In this document: positions 53,209 to 64,000 of the stretch, one piece after another
Numbering within the stretch: position 1 is the stretch's first letter
Layout of the letters: each line of letters begins with the position of its first letter
NCBI RefSeq assembly: GCF_006345805.1
Contig: NC_043000.1
Span: forward strand, 49,042,001 to 49,106,000
Origin: Octopus sinensis
Taxonomy: Eukaryota
Length of the DNA: 64,000 nt
Direction of reading: 5' to 3'
The notes under the pieces: model-generated
What the model saw: only the letters and a program-made list of their open reading frames with translations
The model's database searches: none
What the model was told of the DNA's origin: nothing
Program-made: the position numbers and the translations under genes

Positions 53209-55194
53209 ACGTTTGCAATGGCGAGAAAATGCGCTCTAAGACCATGATGATAGTGATGAACCCCTTTTCTATTCAAAACAACTATTGAGAAAATTATCTA
53301 GTGTAAAGCCTGGCGAGTTTAAGTTTCTGGTCATCCTATACAATGTTAAACCAGCAAGAGAAATACTGTAATATATCAAAAGGTGATTGCAGCTTTGTGT
53401 ATGCTTCATTCACTGCAAACAATTTCATGCCCAGGAATCTTTCGGAACCTCACCCAAACAATGGACTTTCCAAAAGCGGTGTTGATGGTGGACGGTGTAT
53501 CACGCATATACCATGATGATATGAAATATCACCACTACAGTAGTTCTCTTCCTAATGACTAATAAAGTAGTTGCAGCATAGGCTGTACCTTCGCAATTCT
53601 CTGGCAGCTGGCGTGGATACCACCTGTTTCATTTTCGCTATGTCTAAGAATTTGTTGGCTGCAAGCTCGAGTTGGATTGAACTATATAACATATGCAAAC
53701 AACATAAGATAAGGGCATTGAAACTCACATGAAATTGCATGCACACACATGCAAACCGTACGAATATAGTTCTCACTAATAAATTAGAACGTTTTAAGTA
53801 GCTTAAAATGAGAACTGAGCCGATTGCTTTCATTGTAACTAAATAATTAATTAGGATCGATTACCTTCTTCCTGTTAGCCTGACGAAGGCAGTAACGGAA
53901 GACTACTAATGACAAAGCTTATTCATAGACGGTTCAACATAGCTACATACTAATCTACCGAAAATATATATGGATGCTTGCTCATATATAATAACCCACT
54001 CTGTTTTGTAGCCAAAGACCGATAGATCATCAACCATGTAACATTATGAAGTTAGATGCCCTACATATTTGATGGTAAATATTTTAATACGTAGATATCT
54101 GCTCCTTTGATTTTCTTTCTTGAAAACTCCAACTGTTTAATTCTATGGGTTAAATGTTCTGCATGTAAAATACCAAACTTTTATTTCGAAGTTAGCATCT
54201 CGGACTTATTTGTGAAAGTAAGTATAATTATACGTGTTAATAGCCATACAAGCATACATATAGGTATAACGCTTTGGCCCTTTATCGAAAAGGTTTATGT
54301 ATATTAACTCTGTCACTTACTGAGCGTCTATTATTTCTATATAAACTTTAATTTCAGCTGTTCTCTCGAGCAAGTGTCAGAATAGTTTATTTCATTCCTA
54401 CACGCGTCTATGTGGTTTCCATGTCAGTTATATAAAACAATTACATAAAACTTTCGTTCAATTTATGAAGTGAAACGCTGTCTTTGGTTCTGGCTATATT
54501 AATACATATCTTTAATTTGAATATTTAAAGTTAGTATATCTAAATTATACTAACGGGATTTTCAAGAAAGAAAGGGCATACGTTTCTGACTAAAATCAAA
54601 ATAAATGGCACTAGTCATATTCATTTGGAATTGTTATTTTTAGAACAAGCTTAAATATTCTTACCTGATTCTGAGAGGCAGAAATTCCCGTGTCCTTCCC
54701 TCTCTTAACACATCTTATTTATTTCTCCTTTGTAAAATATAAAGTCATTATGAAACCATTTGAAATGTTCTCAAACAAAATATCTAATTTAATAATAAAT
54801 CATAATCAAGCAATAAGAACACTCAAGAATGATCTAGATGATGCAGGAAACTACTGAACTTTTATAGAAATACATGTTTTTTTTTTAAGAAAGATATTCA
54901 AACTCTTGTATTTATTACACGTCACATTTTCTACAATATCATTTGTGATAATAAAAAAGGAAGAATTTATTTCATTCTAGATTATTTGTGAAAGATATTT
55001 GATATTCATACTTTTTAAAACGATTTTGTCTCATGCTAGCTTCAAATTTCATTAGTAAAATAAATTTCTGAAGCTGTGTACTTTACTATAGCTTCCAATA
55101 TTATTGCATTTAAATAAATATATACGTAACTCGTTACTTCCTAATACGTATATTAATACATACGTATATGTGTATGCTCTTATATATAGTGGTC

Positions 55195-55455
55195 CTCTCA
55201 CATACGCCCTCAGCCACCCTTGCTAGCTACGCTGGCGATACGAATATCTCGTAGAAAATACAAAATGCAGCAGGAGTTGGACTTTACACATGGGCTGAGG
55301 ACAATAATATGCAGTTTAAAGCTGGAAAATTACAAGCCCTACACTACCAGCGCCCAAAAGTAAACGTACAACTTACAGAGGAGGACAATCCCAGAACCTA
55401 AATCAGTGCGTGATCTGGGTATCGACATGAGTGATGATACCACCTTCCATGGATG
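55195..55455 (+). mobile_element. CR1/L2-like LINE RT fragment
   Basis: SYAGDT (55225-55242; cf. YADD), WAEDNNMQF (55291-55317) and SVRDLGIDMSDD (55403-55438). Confidence 0.75.
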
Positions 55456-56977
55456 CTGAACCAATGAGTTCTGTAACTCTCTGGCAGAATGCAAGATCCA
55501 TTGTTGTTCTCACAAAATAGTATGAGGCACTTTGTTTAGTAAGCCATGGTCATACTCTTCTGAGGAGCATATATATATGATATACGTATGTATATATATA
55601 TATATATATACGATTGAAAAGTTCGCATTCATCTCAACAGAGATGACTTTTAGTATTACACAAAGTACGGGACTCTATATAATCGTGTGGAACCACTGAA
55701 TACAGTGTCAGCGACGTTGAAACCAATAATTGAAAATTATTCAGTTGTATTTGCTTCTTAACCGTAATGATTTGTTTTGCTCATGATCTTTTCATACTTG
55801 TGATAATACAAGATGCAAATGTGAAACTTATGTAATATCCGTTCCACAATACATAAAAGTAGCGTCAATAAACACGGCTTATAAATCGGAAATCTCGAGA
55901 ATAATATCACAACAGGTAAGTGTTTGTGACCTTAAATCTACGTGATACATGTTCCATCAGCTTCACGGAATTTATCATGAAGAGGTCAAATCATATCACG
56001 TTTCGTTAAAACGCAATAATAATATAATATACAATAGAGGTATTATAGCTTTACTGGTACAATAGCTTTACAACTGCTATACATAGCAAATATATTGTTA
56101 ATGGCAGTATTATTCTGATGGTATTTTGAATACACTATCGCTGTATTTTAATCAATGAATTACTTCATTTATATAAATTATCAAATTGTGTCGAATCTTT
56201 TCAGCAAATTATTTCCTTTCCATTTCCGTGTTCCTGAATAATTAAGAATTATGTGTTTATCATTTCTTGGCATCTTGGTGTTTATTGACATTAACTGCAT
56301 GTTATTAAGATATGCAATATTATATCAAAGTCTCTGACATATCTACTTTCGCAGAACACGATTCCCATGTAGAAACCTACCATAATAGCTATTAATGCAA
56401 CATGATACTGATCACACAACAGCAATATCTGACCTTTACTATGAAAAGGATGGACTTCAGAAGAGAAGCCCTTTCTTCTTTTACTTTCAGTATGTAATTC
56501 TATTAAAACAGAGCAGATTGGTACATTTAGCAATAATAAGTAAACTTCTAACATTAGAAGTAATTCTTACAAAGGATCAATAACTAGAGAGCAATCAGAG
56601 ATAATTTTTAGAAATTATTCAATATGTTGATATGTTTATCAAACGCTTTATTGGAATTCATTCTAAAGGGAATGTATTATGCATTTTATTCGTCCATACT
56701 CATGTTTTATGCAACAGATCATATCTATTAGATAATTCTGAAACAAACAAGAAATCTATATTTCATTTCCTAAATTTAAACACTGACGATGCGTAGTAGG
56801 TTTCTACTTGTAGTCCTTCGGCTAGTTAAAAATAGCAGCCAACTCTTCAAAAATAGCAGCTAAAACTCAAATCTCGCCGTAAAAAAGAAGAGCAAACACC
56901 AAATATAGCATGGTTTTAAATACTTTTAAAAGAAGCAGGACGGTATGGCTAACCTGCTAAGTAATTTTCGCAAATGG

Positions 56978-57027
<50 letters not shown>

Positions 57028-57169
57028 TAATTATTTGGGCTTTGGGTATATGTCTGTTAGTATGTCAATTAACGCATATTCACTGTTTGGGCTTCCTTAT
57101 ATTATCCACAGTCACGTTATAATTTTCCCTAGATCAACATCAGGAATTCTGCAGTGTTCGTTTGGTTTA

Positions 57170-57459
57170 TAATTGATGAGGGAAACGGAAAATGGATTTT
57201 ATTCAACGCGACGCTTGCTTCGACTCAACCATACGAGTAGGATATTGCGCTCTAGTTGTGTTGCACCAATCAGTGCAGTCTGTGTCTCCTCATACTACAT
57301 ATTCTAAGTTCATCCAAGTATGTGGCTACACTGATTGATGCAACACAACTAGATGCACAGTATCCTACCCGTAAGGGACAGCTTCGGGATGGGTCGAAAC
57401 GGTCGTAGAGTCGAATAAAAATTCGTACCAAATCAATTTTCCGCTTCCCTCATCAACTG
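57170..57459. repeat. Diverged fold-back: about 110-130-bp arms, about 40-bp spacer
   Basis: TTGATGAGGGAAACGGAAAAT..GTAGGATATTGCGCTCTAGTTGTGTTGCACCAATCAGTG vs CACTGATTGATGCAACACAACTAGATGCACAGTATCCTAC..TTTTCCGCTTCCCTCATCAA. Confidence 0.8.
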
Positions 57460-57464
57460 TATAT

Positions 57465-57682
57465 TCTTTTATTCTTTTACTTGTTTCAGTCATTTGCTGG
57501 GGCACCGCCTTTAGTCGAACAAATCGACCCCAGGATTTATTCTTTGTACGCTCAGAGCTTATTATATCGGCCTATTTGCCGAGCCGCTAAGTTACGGGGA
57601 CGTAAAACTAGCAACATCGATGGTCAAGAGATGGTGGGGACAAGCACAGACGCACAAACATATTCATATGTATGTATGTATG

Positions 57683-57721
<39 letters not shown>

Positions 57722-58005
57722 ATATATATATATACACACATACATATATATCACCGTGATCACCGTGACCGACCAGGGTATCAGATGTTGCTACACATCG
57801 CTTGTCACAATGCGCTTCGCACTGTTTTAGCCTTCAGATGACGCTACCCCGGAAGAAAGGGTAAGAGAAATTTGTGGCGAAAGAGTACAGCCTCGTGGTG
57901 CTTTAGGTGCTTTCGCTTAATAAACACTCACAACGTCCGGTCTGGGAACCGAAACCGCGATCCTACGACCACGAGTTCGCTGTCCTAACCACTGGGCCAT
58001 TGCGA

Positions 58006-58084
<79 letters not shown>

Positions 58085-58215
58085 ATATATATTATATATA
58101 TATATATACTACGTGCTTCTTTCAGTTTTCGTCTACCAAATCCACTCACAAGGCTTTCTTTGGCCCGAAGCTATAGTAGGAAGCAAGCTGCTTACCGCAT
58201 AGCCACGCCTGCGCC
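57465..58215 (-). mobile_element. Family D SINE interrupted in its internal microsatellite
   Basis: 3' half at 57465-57660, 5' half at 58110-58215, both reverse complement of family D. Confidence 0.8.
57735..58009 (-). mobile_element. Family B-type tRNA-derived SINE nested in the family D copy
   Basis: GTCTGGGAACCGAAACCGCGATCC..CCTAACCACTGGGCCATTGCG is the reverse complement of the 22430 head. Confidence 0.8.
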
Positions 58216-58301
58216 TATAAATATGTGTGTGTGTGTAGGTGTATATGTGGTTGTGTGTCTAGCTATCTGTCTTTCACACCCGTTACGAAAAAAAGTTTCT
58301 A

Positions 58302-58337
<36 letters not shown>

Positions 58338-58355
58338 TCATATTATTATTATTAT

Positions 58356-58487
58356 TCAGGTCACTGTCTGGAATCGAACTCGGAATATTTGTGTTAGTAA
58401 CACGCGCTCTTAACCACTACGCCATACGGTTAAGAACGCGGACTACTAACCCCAAGATTCCGAGTTTGATTCCAGGCAGTGACTTGG

Positions 58488-58488
<1 letters not shown>
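58356..58488. mobile_element. Two tRNA-like heads in head-to-head inverted orientation, flanked by (TTA)n and (TAA)n
   Basis: The minus copy reads GTATGGCGTAGTGGTTAAG..GAGTTCGATTCC (A and B boxes). The plus copy starts at GGTTAAG (58428). About 60-bp arms, about 80% identical. Confidence 0.85.
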
Positions 58489-58569
<81 letters not shown>

Positions 58570-58653
58570 GAAGAAGAAGAAGAATAGTAACAACAACAAC
58601 ATCGAAAAATACCTTAGGAATGAGAACCCAGGTTCGAAATTTCCCGAAGATAC

Positions 58654-58685
58654 CTGATGAAGGCTGGAGGTGTATCAGCCGAAAC
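58654..58685 (+). ncRNA. Partial HHR: canonical core and stem II, stem III/cleavage site absent
   Basis: CTGATGA-A-GGCTG GAGGTGTAT CAGCC-GAAAC, followed by AAACAAG with no NUH or stem I partner. Confidence 0.6.
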
Positions 58686-60954
58686 AAACAAGATGAGGAC
58701 AAATATTCGTCAATTGTAAATAATGTAAATAATGGTTTTATTCTCTTGCGATCTAGCGTAAAAAGTAACTTCCTCAAATTTCGAGGATTTTCAATAGAAA
58801 TTTGTAGAACTAGATAACAGTAATCCAGTAGTCCATTATTTGGATTTCGATTCAATCTATTCTTATTTACTAAGTAGATGTCTTGGTTTTGTTCACCACA
58901 TTTACTTTCTGTTAATATGGATATTCATTAGAATATTTATGATTTTATCCATTCTTCCAATTTATTCAATTACCTCGAGAGCGAAAGGATCTTACAAATA
59001 TATACATATTTCGAATTACAATCCAAATGATAAACACTGCATGAGTATTAATTCGTAACATAGGTACGAGGACGAATTTTAGGGAATGCGTCTCTCCGCA
59101 TTCTATAGACCTATTAGAAATGGCAATTAGATCGTCCAAAACTCACAGCATAAACTACTTGGAAAACGATACATGTCGCTCAGGGCACGCTGCATATAAG
59201 AAAAAGAGAGAACGGTTACGGATGCAATGCATTTGATCAAAGGCCTGCGCAATCTTGTCTCACATCCTAACTAAACATCACTAAAAACAATCAAATGCTT
59301 TGAAGTCAAAAAGTGAGCTTCTACGAGATTATTCAGTTTGCATAATTTCCGTATAGAAAAAAGCACATGTAATTTTACATGCATAAAGTGTGAATGCTCA
59401 AAGCTAGAACACCTTCACACCTTCTGCTGATAGTGAAATAAGTCGTTCAGTTACTCGTTTCCAGTCAGTAAATTTGTTATTTTGCTTTCTTTTAGACTAA
59501 ATGTTGTTATTGTACATGAATGTGATATAAACATTAAATACGTAACTGTATGGGTGGGAATTATTAGCATTCTATTTAACTCGTGGGCATCGATTCTATT
59601 CATTTGCTATTTAAATATTTATCATATTCTCTACTTAGAAAACCATCAGTACTCTTCTTGAGAAAGAAATATTTATGTAATAAATGTAAATATAATGGGG
59701 ATCTCATAATATGTTTTTCATAACTTATATTTGGCTATTCCTCATGGGAAAATGATATTAGTGTTACTGATGAAATTGCTTCATGCATCATTTTTCTTTT
59801 ATAAAACTAGTGTCAATGTCACTAAAACAACATTATTTTTCATTGAAATTTAATACCATCTCTTTTATAAAATGAAAGACATTTCAGTTATAGCATCCAA
59901 TATTTTTAATATTGTTTGACACTATTAACTTGAAGAAAGAAAAGCGGGTTAAAAGTTAAAACTATTAGCCGCCATTTATAAACAAGATTTCATGAGTGGA
60001 AACAAAATAAAGCATATCTCCATTACAAAATTTAAATTAGAAAACCATTGCTTGTATTTAACATGAAACACTGACCTTACAGCTTAGGATATGTTTAATG
60101 GTGTACTTTAATGGAAAAGTTCATAGCCGTGATTAGACGTTTACATGTAAGTTCTATTAGATTAATTCTCGGTCAATAAAATCATCATACATCATTATTA
60201 TTATACCATATCCGATCGTGTGCTGCTGAAATTACTTAAGAGAATTTGACAGGCTATCTCTACAGAAGTTTCAGAATACACTCTTTAATATTTTTTACAC
60301 GCACGTAAAACAGCGGATTAATATGCGATCAAGAATATTTGTCGGAAGGACTGAGCTTTATGCTCTTTTTCTAAATGGCTTAATGATTTTCTTGAATGAA
60401 AATAACTTCACCCATGAAGTACTTGCAGGGCAAACACTTTACTTAGAACCTACTTTTTATAAAATGACTTTTATGAAGTGTCTCATTGTTATTTACTTAA
60501 GACTTTAACGTCTATATACAGATATTCAGAAAAATAAACATAAAATATATTAGATTCCACGCCTATAAACTACAAAGAAAGATCCAAACGAATTTATAAT
60601 CGTATAATGCTTGTCATATTACCAGTGTTTCACATTTAACCCTTATTAGGAATTTGATGTCTATGAAAAGTAGTACTGAAAATATAGAAATATGAAAGAA
60701 TATATGCAGTTCATTAATTATAACGTACAGAAGCATTTTTCTGAGTCACAGATATTTCATATGTAGATTTTCTTAGAAAAATATACTCAGCGCTGAGAGT
60801 AATGTTTAGATTTTCGTCATCATTGCCATCCCTCTCACGGATATTATCATCTTGTCTTAAATAATTTGAAATACGTTTGCGAACGTCTTAGTAAATTCAC
60901 CCCTTATCTGGAAAAGCAGCTTTGTAACATTCTTCGACATTTTTAGAACTTCAG

Positions 60955-61160
60955 GTTGCTATCTACTAGATGAAGCGGTTATTGTTGGCGTGTATTATGG
61001 TTGCTTTACAACAGACATACAATATGGGACTAGAGTTGTCCTTTCACGAGTATACAGCTTAAAAGCTATACGTTCTTCAATAAGATCTGCTTTCACAGTG
61101 TTCTATATGACTGCTCTGAAAAGGAGAGTTGTACATACATCTAGCGACAGTCTGCATCCG
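60955..61160 (+). other. Candidate coding exon, unknown product
   Basis: TTTTTAGAACTTCAG| acceptor, stop-free 206 nt (GCYLLDEAVIVGVYYGCFTTDIQYGTRV..SSDSLHP), strong CCG|GTAAGT donor. No recognised homology and no partner exons identified. Confidence 0.25.
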
Positions 61161-62564
61161 GTAAGTTGATGAAATAGTCGTCGATCAACTAAACGGAAAC
61201 CTGGAAAATAGCAATGGATTTAACTTCACTGTCCATAGTAGTTCCAATAAAACTCCTCGGTCAAGCACACCCTATTTTCATGCATAAATATACAACAAAT
61301 ATATGATGTTCATTTACACGAATACCTATATATACAAGAAAGTAGTGTGTGTTCACAGACATATACAATCTCAGTCGTACAATTCGAAATTATATCTATC
61401 AAATAAAACAGTTTCGAGTCTTTAGCAAGCATAAAGAAATATAGTAGACTACAGTGTAGAATGATACAGGAATGAGTTCAACAGAACCAATGAAGCAGAG
61501 ACCACACTTTATTAAACAAAGAAAATGTACATTAAATGTATTACATGAATTGTAAGAAACTGCAACTGAATATATTACTATCAGTATTTAGTTAATAAAA
61601 ATATAATAGAACTGTCTTAATATCAGTGCAAATACCCTACCAATGGCCATGCTTGAGGAATATGAATAGATCTAATTAAGCCAATATTATATTTTTAACA
61701 TTGAACTCTTTCTTATATGTGGATTATGACGTAAGCAAACGGAAATCACACACAATACATAGATACATATACATACATATACACAGAAAGTACACAGAGA
61801 TATGCACACAGATATATATATATATATATTTATATATATCGTTTAATGTACACGATATAATGATGAGAACTACTAATAGTTTCTTACTGAAAAGACACGT
61901 GTCTAAGTAGTTTTTTATAACGTGCCTTGTGTCTCCAAGTAACTCTCCGTCTGTGAGATCATGTTCTCTTTGAAAATCAAGACGCTACTATTTGAGAAAC
62001 CACGCGAAAAAAGTTCATACAAAAAGTAGAAGGGTAAATAAAAAACGGCAAAAGAAGACTATTACTTTTCTATTAATATTTGACGCATAATCTTTTCCTT
62101 CTACAAAAACTTATTTTTCATGCTGTTTTCAATTCGTTTTTTTCATCTCACTGAATTCTAGCTTTTCCTTTTGATACAGAAATTTCATGTTTTGGTATTT
62201 TAAACGCAATTTACCTTCATGTTTGTCGTGTATTCTTATTAAATCTCATTCTACAAGCACACTGAGCCGAAGCGAGATAAAAAAAAATGACAAGATCAAG
62301 TCTTCATTCTTGGCTAAACCAAGCACTTTCGAGGAAATATCATATCAAAATATTTTGCAGTATGCACAACAGCAATACAAATACAAACACCAGATGTAGA
62401 TATTGATGTCCACTAAAGATCAGTTTATCCACCTGCATTAACATTCCCAAGATTGATTGTACACCATTTATAGAAAACGATAACAAACTACATCACAACT
62501 CAGTTTCGTAGCTGTGCTTGTATGTCTGTGTGTGCATGTGTACTCGCGCGCAAGTGCGTGTGTG

Positions 62565-62595
62565 TAAATAGATAGATAGAAAGATAGATAGATAC

Positions 62596-62652
<57 letters not shown>

Positions 62653-62659
62653 CAGATAT

Positions 62660-62696
<37 letters not shown>

Positions 62697-62745
62697 CAGA
62701 TAGACAGATAGACAGACAGATAGATAGATAGATAGATAAATAGAT

Positions 62746-62804
<59 letters not shown>

Positions 62805-62809
62805 TGATT

Positions 62810-62886
<77 letters not shown>
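62565..62886. repeat. Long (GATA)n/(GACA)n microsatellite
   Basis: Directly visible. Confidence 0.95.
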
Positions 62887-62887
<1 letters not shown>

Positions 62888-63529
62888 CTTATATGTGTAA
62901 ATATGTCTTTAAATTGACAATTTACAATGAAGATCTTCGTCAAGATATAACTATATTGTAATTATGTTCATGACTAATTAAAAATTAATCTACACATGCT
63001 ATTGAATTCTGTTATGCATAAATACAGTTTAGCACGCAATTCATACCGAATATACTTAATTAGAAGACGTGAATACGTAAGCAATTGCTTTACATACTAA
63101 ATATATTCCCAAACTGTATGCGTTAATATATGTGTGAGTGCGTGCGTGTGTGTTTATGAAAAAAGAGAGAAAGAGAGAGAGTTGAACAGGTTGAACAGAG
63201 AGTGAGAGCGAGGGAGGAGGAGGAGGAGAGGACAATCTTTTCTAAACGTTGGTACAAACAGAAAGAGAACAAATTATTAGATGCTAGTTTGACAAGTAAA
63301 AGTTATAAAGTTTACGCCAGGACGGAGCATAATTATTTATTTAACTTCTTAAAATTAATTATATTGTATATGGATTGCGTGCCTATCAGGATATCGCCTT
63401 CAATCATATGTTGATTAATTCTAAAATAATCATGAATAAAATTACAATAGTTATAATTCGAATGAGATTTTTATAATACGTTATCAATTTGCAGGCAATC
63501 CCTAAATAATAGACTACAAATGATTAACG

Positions 63530-63720
63530 TTTTAGCGTTTATCGTTGACTTAGATTGCCGCTTTGAAGAGCTTAGTCGAACAGATCGACCCCAGTACCCT
63601 CTTCTTTTTTTTAACATGGAGCTTACTCTATCGGTTTGTTTTTGCGCAACTGCAAAGTTGAGGGCATTTAAACAAACCACCGCTGGTTGTCAAGTGACGG
63701 TGGGGGATACACACAGATAT
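63530..63720 (-). mobile_element. Family D SINE 3' fragment (degenerate)
   Basis: TTAGTCGAACAGATCGACCCCAG..CTCTATCGG..GGTTGTCAAG matches 57490-57630. Confidence 0.65.
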
Positions 63721-63769
63721 ACCTTTAAATATATATATATATATATATCTTTATATATATATAGGGAGA

Positions 63770-63960
63770 GTTTACGAAAGAAACAAAAGACGAAGACAGG
63801 TGGTGTACAAAACAAACAGATGCATTAGTATAACGCTCAGGAATAGAAAAAGTCTTTTACGTTTCGAGCCTACGCTCTTCTACAGAAAAGGACACAGAAA
63901 AAACAGGGAGAGAAACAAGGAGAGACAAAAGTGTGTGTAGTTTCTAACGATCAATCATGG
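63770..63960 (-). mobile_element. PLE-type pseudo-LTR-like repeat
   Basis: Homologous to 46850-47000 (+) and 33820-34030 (-). Flanked by (TA)n on both sides. Confidence 0.65.
63854..63890 (-). ncRNA. HHR-like motif (core CUGUAGA) with perfect stem II
   Basis: Minus strand: CTTTT-CTGTAGA-A-GAGC GTAG GCTC-GAAACGTA-AAAG. Confidence 0.6.
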
Positions 63961-64000
63961 TGATCGTTATATATATATATGTATATATATATATTTTGTA

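Noticed and set aside
53880-53965. CTGACGAAGG motif
   Set aside because: No paired stem II leading into GAAA.

Overview
Very AT-rich, repeat-dense animal genomic DNA with abundant (TA)n, (CA)n, (CATA)n, (GATA)n and (TAA)n. The SINE families look Octopus/cephalopod-like to me; that is recognition from memory, not a database result. No intact protein-coding gene is supported. Almost all ORFs in the track are microsatellite read-throughs, and only one weak exon candidate (60955-61160) was found. The window holds at least four tRNA-derived SINE families, fossil non-LTR retrotransposon fragments (RTE, R4/Dong-like, CR1/L2-like, possibly L1/Tx1), a full-length but dead Tc1 element, two mariner relics, a Helitron-type 3' end, many short fold-back elements and a 916-bp tandem duplication. 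The most interesting layer is seven minimal type I hammerhead-ribozyme (HHR)-like motifs of the kind carried by Penelope-like element (PLE) pseudo-LTRs. Two copies with a U3:A8 core variant sit in a 362-bp tandem plus 415-bp inverted array (31.9-32.9 kb). One has a canonical core (42.8 kb). Three related copies all have a pyrimidine at core position 6. One sits in the tail of a tRNA-headed element whose head is duplicated in inverted orientation (58.4-58.7 kb).
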